Assembly (NCBI GenBank): GCA_964537265.1
Contig: CAZHZE010000003.1
Location: 29,530 to 93,529 of the forward strand
Direction of reading: 5' to 3'
DNA length: 64,000 bases
Source: an uncultured Gammaproteobacteria bacterium
GTDB taxonomy: Bacteria > Patescibacteriota > Patescibacteriia > Patescibacteriales > GWC2-42-12
Positions 27,717 to 35,857 of this stretch are shown one piece after another. Position 1 is the stretch's first letter, and every line of letters starts with the position of its first letter. A program made the position numbers and the translations under genes. Below the pieces are notes generated by a model. That model saw nothing but the letters and a program-made list of their open reading frames with translations. It was not told the origin of the DNA and ran no database searches.

Positions 27717-28654
27717 TTTATATTATGTTAGAAAATTTATTAATTCTTGTTGTTTCTTTATTTTTTATTGTAAAAGGGGCAACATTAGCGACAAAATATT
27801 CAGTTTTTTTAGCTGAAAGTTGTCGATTATCAAAATATACAATTGGTTTTATTATCGTCGCCGTAATTTCTATTTTGCCGGAAACATTTATTTCTATTAA
27901 CTCAGTTTTAGAGGGCGACCCTTCGCTCGGCTTAGGAACTTTATTCGGCTCTAATATCGCTGATCTTACTTTAGTTTTTGCTATTATAATATTTTTCGCG
28001 GGCAGGGGCATAAAAATACAAAGCTCTATATCAAAAAATAATATAATTTTTTCGTTAATTCTTCTTGTGCCGATTATTTTAGGGCTTAACGGCCATTTTT
28101 CTCGCCCAGAAGGATTAGCTTTAATTATTATTGGTTCAATTTTTTATTTTCTCGCCTTAAAAAATGATACTGGTTGTTCACCAATAAAAAATAGCGAGGG
28201 AAAACGTTTAAAGAATTTTATTTTTCTGCTTTTTAGTATGGCGATATTGTTGCTTGCATCACACTTTACAGTTGTATCAGCTATGAATTTAGCTCATGGT
28301 TTAGGAGTTAAACCAATTTTGATAGGATTATTTATAATTGGTTTGGGCACAATTATGCCGGAACTTCTTTTTTCTTTAAAAGCTGTTAAAAAAAATCACG
28401 ACTCTTTAGCTATAGGCGATCTCTTAGGGACTGTTTTAGCCGACGCAACTATAGTAATCGGCATTTTAGCCTTATTAAGCCCTTTCTCTTTCCCTAAAAA
28501 AATTATTTATGTTACTGGCTCGTTTATGGTTTTAGCCTCTTGTTTACTTGTTTATTTTATGCACACCGGCAGAGTTATATCAAAAAAAGAAGGCAAATTA
28601 TTATTTTTGTTCTGGGTGACTTTTATTTTAGTAGAACTTATAGTTAATAAATAA
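27707..28654 (+). CDS. Ca2+/cation antiporter (CaCA, YrbG-like sodium/calcium exchanger membrane protein)
   Basis: Two alpha-repeat motifs are present (GTLFGSNIADLTLVFAI and GDLLGTVLADATIVIGI), with about ten TM helices. The start overlaps the CorA-like stop by 10 nt; an alternative ATG lies at 27725. Confidence 0.8.
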   Translation: MDVIYIMLENLLILVVSLFFIVKGATLATKYSVFLAESCRLSKYTIGFIIVAVISILPETFISINSVLEGDPSLGLGTLFGSNIADLTLVFAIIIFFAGRGIKIQSSISKNNIIFSLILLVPIILGLNGHFSRPEGLALIIIGSIFYFLALKNDTGCSPIKNSEGKRLKNFIFLLFSMAILLLASHFTVVSAMNLAHGLGVKPILIGLFIIGLGTIMPELLFSLKAVKKNHDSLAIGDLLGTVLADATIVIGILALLSPFSFPKKIIYVTGSFMVLASCLLVYFMHTGRVISKKEGKLLFLFWVTFILVELIVNK

Positions 28655-28665
28655 ATATTTAATAT

Positions 28666-28695
28666 AAAAAACGAAGATCTCGTCTTCGTTTTTTA
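28666..28695. terminator. bidirectional rho-independent terminator between convergent genes
   Basis: The stem joins acgaaga (28671-28677) to tcttcgt (28683-28689) with a 5-nt loop. An A5 run and a T6 run flank it. Confidence 0.75.
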
Positions 28696-28707
28696 TATTG
28701 CTTAATT

Positions 28708-29643
28708 TTATTTTAAAACCTGTTTTATTTCTTTTAAACTCTTTACTTTAATCAACTCTTTTCTTAACTCGCTAGCATTTGCTAAACCGCTAACATACCA
28801 ACATAAATGTTTTCGCATTTCTATTATACCGGTTTTACCTTTTAATTTTTCCGCCAATCTGGCATGCTTTAACATTATTTTAAATATTTCTTCTTTACTT
28901 TTGACTTTTAACTTTTGACTTTTAACTTCCTGAAATATCCACGGTCTTCCTAAAGCGGCCTGGCCGATGCCGATTCCGTCGGCGCCAGTTTTTTTAAGAA
29001 GTTCGCCCGCGCTTTTTTTATCTTTAACTCCCCCGTTAGCTAATAATATCCCCCTAACTAATTTACGAGCCTGTTTAATTATTTTCCAATTAACTTCTCC
29101 GGCATTGCCTTGAGCCGCGGTCCGACCATGTATCATTACGGCTTTAATATCTAAATCTTTAACCGCGCGTAAAAATTTTAAAGTATCAGTCTCCCCTACT
29201 TTAGCCCGAATTTTTATGGATACGGGTAAATTAGTATTTTTTATAACCGCTTCGATAATCTCTCGAGATAATTTTAAATTATTCATTAAAATCGCGCCGG
29301 CTCCCTGCTTAGCTACTTTTTTAACCGGACAGCCAAAATTTATATCAATGCCGTCGGGTTTTACTTTTTTTGTTATAAATTTAGCCGCTATAGCAAAATG
29401 TTCAGGTTTACTGCCAAAAAGTTGAATTACATATGGCCGTTCCATTTTACTAAATTTCATTAATTCCAAAGTTTTTTTAGAATTATAAGCAATGGCCGTA
29501 GCGCTTATCATTTCACTATAAACTATATCCGCGCCGAATTTCTTGCACATTTGCCGAAAAGCCGAATCCGCCACTCCGGCCATGGGCGCTAAAGCGTAAA
29601 TCGGTTTAGATAATTTTTTATAAAAATTTTTCATAATTGACAT
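28708..29643 (-). CDS. dus: tRNA-dihydrouridine synthase
   Basis: Motifs LAPMAGVADSAFR, INFGCP and HGRT indicate a TIM-barrel flavoenzyme collinear with the Dus family. Confidence 0.9.
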   Translation of the reverse strand: MSIMKNFYKKLSKPIYALAPMAGVADSAFRQMCKKFGADIVYSEMISATAIAYNSKKTLELMKFSKMERPYVIQLFGSKPEHFAIAAKFITKKVKPDGIDINFGCPVKKVAKQGAGAILMNNLKLSREIIEAVIKNTNLPVSIKIRAKVGETDTLKFLRAVKDLDIKAVMIHGRTAAQGNAGEVNWKIIKQARKLVRGILLANGGVKDKKSAGELLKKTGADGIGIGQAALGRPWIFQEVKSQKLKVKSKEEIFKIMLKHARLAEKLKGKTGIIEMRKHLCWYVSGLANASELRKELIKVKSLKEIKQVLK

Positions 29644-29728
29644 TATAATTCAAATATAATAACATAATTTAAAGCTCATTACAAAAAACAGAAAAATCTG
29701 AAAAAATATTATAGGAGGAAAATATTTT

Positions 29729-30166
29729 ATGGATGAATCGAATTATATTAGATTTTTATTGTTGGCGATGGAAAAAAAACATTCCTTAATATTAGCTACG
29801 CAACCAACAAGCATCGTTAAATTCGACACGGAAAAAGCTAAAATATTAATGGATAAAAAAGAAGTTAATGGCTTTAAAGTCGGTGATATTGTGAATATTA
29901 AAAGCCTAGACTATTATGGCTTAAATTCATGCCATTCACTATACGCTGACACTTTTTCAGAAATTTCAACGGCCGGTAAAGATTATCGTATTCTGGCTTT
30001 CGTCAGAGTGAAGGGCAAAATTATTTCCAGCAATGTCTCCATAAGAGATAACTTTTGTATTTTAGCTGAATACCCTTCAGCTAAAATCGTCAAAGAAACT
30101 CAAAATGGCAATGGCGAAGAAATATTACTCTTCTGGGCCGGCGGCTTGGAAATTTGGAACAAATAA
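29729..30166 (+). CDS. hypothetical protein (145 aa)
   Basis: A canonical AGGAGG lies at 29713-29718, 10 nt before the ATG, and a terminator follows the gene. I do not recognise the family. Confidence 0.55.
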   Translation: MDESNYIRFLLLAMEKKHSLILATQPTSIVKFDTEKAKILMDKKEVNGFKVGDIVNIKSLDYYGLNSCHSLYADTFSEISTAGKDYRILAFVRVKGKIISSNVSIRDNFCILAEYPSAKIVKETQNGNGEEILLFWAGGLEIWNK

Positions 30167-30178
30167 ATCTCGCTAATC

Positions 30179-30214
30179 AAAAAGCGTCGTTTTATAACGA
30201 CGCCTTTTTTATTT
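30179..30214. terminator. bidirectional rho-independent terminator
   Basis: An 8-bp stem joins gcgtcgtt (30184-30191) to aacgacgc (30196-30203) with a 4-nt loop. An A-run and a T-run flank it, and it lies between convergent genes. Confidence 0.75.
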
Positions 30215-30218
30215 TAAA

Positions 30219-31712
30219 TTATTTTTTACTAATTCTCTGTCCGTCTTTTGTGTCCTCTACTATATAACCTAGTTTTTCAATTTCATCGCGCAAGCGATCG
30301 GATTCTTTAAAATCTTTATTTTTACGAGCAATATTACGTTTATTAATTAAATTTTTAATCTCCAAACTTAAATTTTTAGTATACTCATCTAATAATAAAG
30401 TTGTCGTTGTTGAGCTGGATGATGATGTTGTGCTAGTTGTTGTTGAACTAATAAAAGTTGTATTAGTTGTTGTTGAAATTATTTTTTTACTAAAATTCAG
30501 ACCTAAAACTTTATCAAAATCTAAAACTGTAGCTAATTTTTTTTTATTGTTAATTTTTGATTTTAATACTTCCTGAACAATAGCCAAAGCTTGCGGCATA
30601 TTTAAATCATCATTCATCGCTTCTAAAAATTTCTTTTTATATTCTTGATTAATTTCTTCTTGTCCTTCGCTTAACTCTCTAATTTGATTATATAAATGCT
30701 TTAATCCTTCCTCAGCCGCTTCTAACGCCTCCCAGGTAAAATTCATTACCTTACCATAACCGGTTTGCAAACATAAAAATCTATAAGCCAATGGATTAAT
30801 ACCTTTAGCTTCTAAATCCTTTATCGTATAAAAATTATTAAACCTTTTTCCCATTCTCTGGCCATCGACTAAAAGATGCTCATTATGCAACCAATAATTT
30901 ACCGGTTTAGCGCATTGATAACCGATTACGCTTTGATGTATTTCGTTTTCATGATGAGGAAATTTTAAATCTATGCCGCCGGTATGAATATCAAAAGGCA
31001 TTTTAAGTTCAGCCTCGCCCATGGCTGAACATTCTATATGCCAACCTGGCCGACCTGGCAAATTTTCGCCGTCCAATTCAAAATCCCATGACGGTTCGCC
31101 CTCTTTTTCTCCTTTCCATAAAACAAAATCCTGTACACTGTCTTTTTCATATTCATCATTATCAATTCTGGCGTCCGATTTTAATTTTGAAACATCAAGA
31201 TCAACTAATAAACCGTATTTATATTTTTTACTATATTTCACTACGTCAAAATAAACCGAACCGTCTTTTATATAAGCATAACCTTGAGAAAAAATATTTT
31301 TAACTAGATCTTGCATTTTATTGATATATTTTATATCCGCGGCATGAGTGATAAAATCTGGCTTAGCTATGTTTATTTTTTCCAAATCTTGCCAAAAATA
31401 TTTTTCAAATTCAGAAGTAAACTTTTTTAAAGCTTCAGCCGGAGTTAAATCCGGATATTTAATCTTTGAATCTCTGATCGTTTTATCATCAACATCAGTA
31501 ATATTCATTACCCAATTTACAAAATTTTGGCCATAATTATACCTTAAAGTGCGAACCAATAAATCAGCAAAAACATACGAACGCAGATTACCAATATGCG
31601 CGTAATTATAAACGGTCGGTCCGCAAGTATATAAACCAACCCTGTCTTTTTTAACAGGAATAAATTCCTCTTTTTTGCGAGTTAAAGAGTTATAGAAATA
31701 TATTTTATTCAT
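30219..31712 (-). CDS. cysS: cysteine--tRNA ligase with a Thr/Ser-rich insertion
   Basis: Motifs present are the HIGH motif (AHIGNLRS), the Zn/Cys-binding segment (WHIECSAM) and RMGKR at the KMSKS position. A low-complexity insert (STTTNTTFISSTTTSTTSSSSSTTTT) precedes the C-terminal helical domain. Confidence 0.92.
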   Translation of the reverse strand: MNKIYFYNSLTRKKEEFIPVKKDRVGLYTCGPTVYNYAHIGNLRSYVFADLLVRTLRYNYGQNFVNWVMNITDVDDKTIRDSKIKYPDLTPAEALKKFTSEFEKYFWQDLEKINIAKPDFITHAADIKYINKMQDLVKNIFSQGYAYIKDGSVYFDVVKYSKKYKYGLLVDLDVSKLKSDARIDNDEYEKDSVQDFVLWKGEKEGEPSWDFELDGENLPGRPGWHIECSAMGEAELKMPFDIHTGGIDLKFPHHENEIHQSVIGYQCAKPVNYWLHNEHLLVDGQRMGKRFNNFYTIKDLEAKGINPLAYRFLCLQTGYGKVMNFTWEALEAAEEGLKHLYNQIRELSEGQEEINQEYKKKFLEAMNDDLNMPQALAIVQEVLKSKINNKKKLATVLDFDKVLGLNFSKKIISTTTNTTFISSTTTSTTSSSSSTTTTLLLDEYTKNLSLEIKNLINKRNIARKNKDFKESDRLRDEIEKLGYIVEDTKDGQRISKK

Positions 31713-31751
31713 AACTTAATAATAGCTAAAAAAATAACTTAAATCAAATAT

Positions 31752-31786
31752 AAAAACAGACAAACCTTTTAGCCTGTCTGTTTTTT
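31752..31786 (-). terminator. rho-independent terminator downstream of the M23 peptidase gene
   Basis: The stem joins aaaaacagaca (31752-31762) to tgtctgttttt (31775-31785) with a 12-nt loop. A U-run follows on the minus strand. Confidence 0.6.
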
Positions 31787-31800
31787 ATATTAATTTTATA

Positions 31801-34800
31801 TTATATATACTTCTCCGGATCAACAGCTGTGCCATTTATTAAAACTTCAAAATGCAAATGCGCGCCGTTGGAATATGCTCCGGCTCCGTTTGTGCCTGGT
31901 GTGCCGCCCGATAAACCGATAACATCATTTTTTTTAACCACATCGCCAACTTTAACATCAATATCCGATAAGTGAGCGTATCTTGTAACCATGCCTGAAA
32001 GATGCATAATAGCCACATAGCTAGCTTGACTAGTCAAACCCCCATTGACCACTTCTATAACCGTACCGTCAGCCGCAGCCTTTACTTTAGTGCCTTGATC
32101 AACGGCTATATCAATGCCTGTATGTTGACCCAAAGTATCTTTATAAGGATAACTTGAATCATGAAAATCATAAGTTATTTTACCGCTGACCGGTTTGATT
32201 AATTTTATGGCAGAATTATTTGAATTATCATGTTCATCATCTTTATCGCTAGAAGTTCCGGTGGCTATGGTAAAAGTATAACTATCAGTGGGGTCGCCGC
32301 TGGCTGTAGCGCTTACTTTAGAATTTTTTCCTTGAGCCTGAAAATCGCTAAAATATATACTGATATTTTTATCAGCTACTTCGTCATTAGTTTTTACATG
32401 AACATCAAAAATAGCTTCTTCACCGACTTTAAGTGTGTAGCCGCTTAAACTAATTTTATTAGCTCCGGCTACCGGTTTGCTAAGCGTGCTACCGACTTTT
32501 TTCTGCGTATCGCGATTAACAACTCTCAAATTGCTATAACCTAAACTATAAGTTAATTCTTTATCATCAGAATTTATTGTAATTGATTGCAATTTTAAAT
32601 CCTCGGAACCGGAATTTTTAACTTTAAAAGCGGCTATAACATTATCATCTTCACCTTTTACAACAAACCCATCGGTTATTTTGGTAATTTCCGCGCTAAC
32701 CAAGCCAAAAGTCGCCTTATGGCTATTAACATTTAAATTTTTAACCGAGGCTGGTATTAAAGAAACGCTGTTAACCGCTTTTATATCGCTGATAGCTAAT
32801 TGTATAGCTGAAGCCTTAACATCGGTTTCCGTATCAGCATAAACTTTTATTTCAGCCCTAGAACCGGCTTTTAAGGTGTATTTAAAACCGCTAATTTCTA
32901 AATCATTGCCGTAAGGCGTTTTAATGGTCTTTATTTTAGATGAACCAATATAAAATCTTAAGTTGCTAAATCCATTATCATAAGAAGCGATGCCCGAACT
33001 ATCGCTGCCGGTAGTAAAATTTAAACCGGTTATCTTAGTGTCGCCGCCAGCAGCTCCCTCTATAATAAAGCTGGCAATTTTTATATTCTTTTGTCCTTTA
33101 GTAAAAGCTTGGTCTCCTAAATCATTATTAGGATAGAGATAAACATTAGATTGGCTAACAGCTAATTTATAGCCGGAAACATTAATTTGATTTGAATAAA
33201 AAGGACTTAACCCCGACCTATAGACAAACTCTTTTAATATAATTTTATAATATCCGCCGTTAGGCGCTTTATCAGAAATTTCCGTAACTAAAGCTATGGT
33301 TAAATTTTGTTTGGGTTTTAATTCAATGCCGCTAAAATCTACATAAGCCAAGCCATTATTAAATTTCTCTCCATTAAAATATCCAAGCACTTCGCCGGTA
33401 TTATAGTTTACTAAATAAACAGTTTCGCTTAAAGCCGGCATAGAACTGTTTTTATCTAAAGCAAAAGTCAAACGGCTTAAAGTTATTTTTTGGTTATTAT
33501 TTCTTATCTCAAAATTACCGATAATACTGCCTGTTTGCTGCATAAAAACTTTATTATTAGCTTTTAAATCTTTGCTAATAACGCTGATTGCCTCTCTTTT
33601 TAGAGTAATCACTTCGTCAAGGTTTGTTATGCCAACAAATAAATTAAAATCGCCAAGCGAGCTTCCGACTTTAGCAGAAACTAAATTAAAATTAACCGTG
33701 TTAGCGTCGCCGTCTAAAATATCAGCTATAATCGAAAAAGTTTCACCATCACCTTTCTTAATTTTATAATTATTTAATTTAAAAATTAATTCTCTGTCAG
33801 AATTCATCACCGCGGTTGTGGAAATAATTTCTCCGGATCTATTTTTTAATTTGAAATTATTTAAACTAGCGGCGCCGGCCGTACCTAAATTAGCAAATTT
33901 CAATTCTTTTACAAAAACATTAGCCTTGCCCGAAGTTTCTAAAAAATTAAATCTGCCGATATTTTTTTCTGTGGTTCCGATAACAGCTTGATTGTTGGTG
34001 ATATTTAAACTTTGTTCGCTAGCCGAAACTTTTTCTAAAACTGCGCCACCGTAAATAAATTTAAAAATTTCTCCGGTTAAAGGAAACGCGCCAATAACTT
34101 TAGCCCCGACTATATCGGACGGCTGGTTAATTGCAATCTGAAAAGTATGGTTAATAATATTAGCTGAGGTATCATTTAAATTAACATAAACTTTAATTTT
34201 TTTAACGCCGCTGCCATTAATAATAATTGGCTGGTCATTAAAATTAAAAGTAGCCTGCTTATCGTTAGGATAAGCAAAAACTGGATATTGTATATCGCTT
34301 TCATCAGTTAAATAAATTTCTTTAATTATATCGTTATTAAAAACGCCTTCTAATTTTAAAATTAATTTTTTGATTTCTATGGTCTGACCCATAGATTTAA
34401 AATCAAAAACAGCCACTAAATTATCTTGAGTGTTAGTAACTAAATAACCAGATTTCGGACTTAAAGAATTTAGAGAAATTGATAATTGATTATTGCTATA
34501 ATCAACCGCGCCTGCGACTTTAAAATCAACAGTTTTATATTCATCCAAATCAATCTGAGAAATAGTAACAACTTCCGACCATTTAAATCCTGAATTATTA
34601 AATTGCTGCTCAGATTCAATCAAAGCTTTTTGGCCGTTAGAAATATAATAAACAACCGGGCTCACGCTAGATTTAACCAATCTAACGTTTGGCCATTTAT
34701 CTAATTCTGTTTGGCTAATAACTTTTATATTATCCCAGTTATTTCCATAAGATAAAAAAGCCTTAGCGCTTACATAAGCTTTTTTTAATCCGCGCCCATG

Positions 34801-35031
34801 ATCTAAATAATATATGGTTGAACTATTAGCGGTTTTAACCTGTTTTATATTAGTATCAACGCCATAAGTTGCATTAGCATTTTGAGCATTTATAGCTAAA
34901 TAACTAATAAAAATAATACCAATTGCTGAAATTAAAATTTTAACCATTAAAGCAACGGCTAAAACCCTATATTTTTTTGATTGTTTAAATCGGCCAATAA
35001 AATTTTTGGCTAATTTTAGAGTATTTAACAT
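31801..35031 (-). CDS. giant membrane-anchored surface protein with a C-terminal M23 (LytM-type) peptidase domain
   Basis: Length is 1076 aa, with an N-terminal TM helix. Two ~55-aa modules (VVYYISNGQKALI type) come first, then many ~100-aa beta-rich repeats. The C-terminus carries the M23 motifs HTGIDIA and HLHFEV. Confidence 0.8.
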   Translation of the reverse strand: MLNTLKLAKNFIGRFKQSKKYRVLAVALMVKILISAIGIIFISYLAINAQNANATYGVDTNIKQVKTANSSTIYYLDHGRGLKKAYVSAKAFLSYGNNWDNIKVISQTELDKWPNVRLVKSSVSPVVYYISNGQKALIESEQQFNNSGFKWSEVVTISQIDLDEYKTVDFKVAGAVDYSNNQLSISLNSLSPKSGYLVTNTQDNLVAVFDFKSMGQTIEIKKLILKLEGVFNNDIIKEIYLTDESDIQYPVFAYPNDKQATFNFNDQPIIINGSGVKKIKVYVNLNDTSANIINHTFQIAINQPSDIVGAKVIGAFPLTGEIFKFIYGGAVLEKVSASEQSLNITNNQAVIGTTEKNIGRFNFLETSGKANVFVKELKFANLGTAGAASLNNFKLKNRSGEIISTTAVMNSDRELIFKLNNYKIKKGDGETFSIIADILDGDANTVNFNLVSAKVGSSLGDFNLFVGITNLDEVITLKREAISVISKDLKANNKVFMQQTGSIIGNFEIRNNNQKITLSRLTFALDKNSSMPALSETVYLVNYNTGEVLGYFNGEKFNNGLAYVDFSGIELKPKQNLTIALVTEISDKAPNGGYYKIILKEFVYRSGLSPFYSNQINVSGYKLAVSQSNVYLYPNNDLGDQAFTKGQKNIKIASFIIEGAAGGDTKITGLNFTTGSDSSGIASYDNGFSNLRFYIGSSKIKTIKTPYGNDLEISGFKYTLKAGSRAEIKVYADTETDVKASAIQLAISDIKAVNSVSLIPASVKNLNVNSHKATFGLVSAEITKITDGFVVKGEDDNVIAAFKVKNSGSEDLKLQSITINSDDKELTYSLGYSNLRVVNRDTQKKVGSTLSKPVAGANKISLSGYTLKVGEEAIFDVHVKTNDEVADKNISIYFSDFQAQGKNSKVSATASGDPTDSYTFTIATGTSSDKDDEHDNSNNSAIKLIKPVSGKITYDFHDSSYPYKDTLGQHTGIDIAVDQGTKVKAAADGTVIEVVNGGLTSQASYVAIMHLSGMVTRYAHLSDIDVKVGDVVKKNDVIGLSGGTPGTNGAGAYSNGAHLHFEVLINGTAVDPEKYI

Positions 35032-35062
35032 AAATATAATTAATAAATTTTATTAATTTATT

Positions 35063-35091
35063 ACTATATCATATTTATAATATTCTGTCAA
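35063..35091 (-). promoter_or_regulatory. sigma70-type promoter (TTGACA-17 nt-TATAGT) for the M23 protein gene
   Basis: On the minus strand the -35 is at 35091-35086 and the -10 at 35068-35063. It sits immediately after the upstream terminator. Confidence 0.55.
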
Positions 35092-35092
35092 G

Positions 35093-35118
35093 AAAAACAA
35101 AAACCCCTTATAAAGGGG
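35093..35118 (-). terminator. rho-independent terminator downstream of the wHTH regulator gene
   Basis: The minus strand reads cccctttataaggggtttttgttttt, a GC stem (cccctt/aagggg) followed by a U-run. Confidence 0.7.
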
Positions 35119-35149
35119 CATGTTAAGCTTTATTTGTCAAATATTTATA

Positions 35150-35758
35150 TTAACTTAAACCTATATCATCAATCACAACCATTTTTCTATCATCTAAAAT
35201 ACCATATAAAAATATATCGGTTATATCACGGCGATATTTAAATTCATGCATATCAAAAACAGTAAAATTAATTTCTTTGCCTAATTCAACTTCTAACTCT
35301 TTAATTAATTTAGCTAATTTAACTTTATTAACCTTGCCGACAATTAATAAATCAATTAAAGTATTGGGATTATTAATAAAAATGCCGGTTAAAATTAATA
35401 ATTTTATTTTGCCGATAGATTTTAATTTCTTAACAAAATCTTTTTCGTATAAAACCTGCGCTTTTACGATTAAAGCTTTTATTTCATTAAATAAAACGAA
35501 ATTAGGATTGGCGCGAAAATATTTTTTTTCCTGTCCGCTGGCGGTCACCTTTTTAGATTTTACCTCTTGTTCGTCAACTTTCATGTCTGATGTTAAAATA
35601 CCGAATTTTTCTAAATTATCCAATTCTCTGCTGACAGAATTAAGCTGCAACTTTAAATCACGGGATAATTGCCTAATGTAAAATTTATCCGTCGGATTAA
35701 GAAGAAATAACTTTAATATTTTAACTCTAGCCTTAGAGCCGAACAATTTTTCTAGCAT
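35150..35758 (-). CDS. winged-helix (ArsR-like) transcriptional regulator
   Basis: The N-terminal segment SKARVKILKLFLLNP...FYIRQLSRDLKLQLNSVSRELDNLEKFGIL is a typical wHTH. The C-terminal domain is unassigned. Confidence 0.55.
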   Translation of the reverse strand: MLEKLFGSKARVKILKLFLLNPTDKFYIRQLSRDLKLQLNSVSRELDNLEKFGILTSDMKVDEQEVKSKKVTASGQEKKYFRANPNFVLFNEIKALIVKAQVLYEKDFVKKLKSIGKIKLLILTGIFINNPNTLIDLLIVGKVNKVKLAKLIKELEVELGKEINFTVFDMHEFKYRRDITDIFLYGILDDRKMVVIDDIGLS

Positions 35759-35857
35759 ATATTATAAAATTGATAAAAATTCCCTTTTCTCTAAATTTAT
35801 TGTATAATAAACTTATCATTTAGTCAAAACTAGCAATAGTTTAATTTTTGTTTATTT

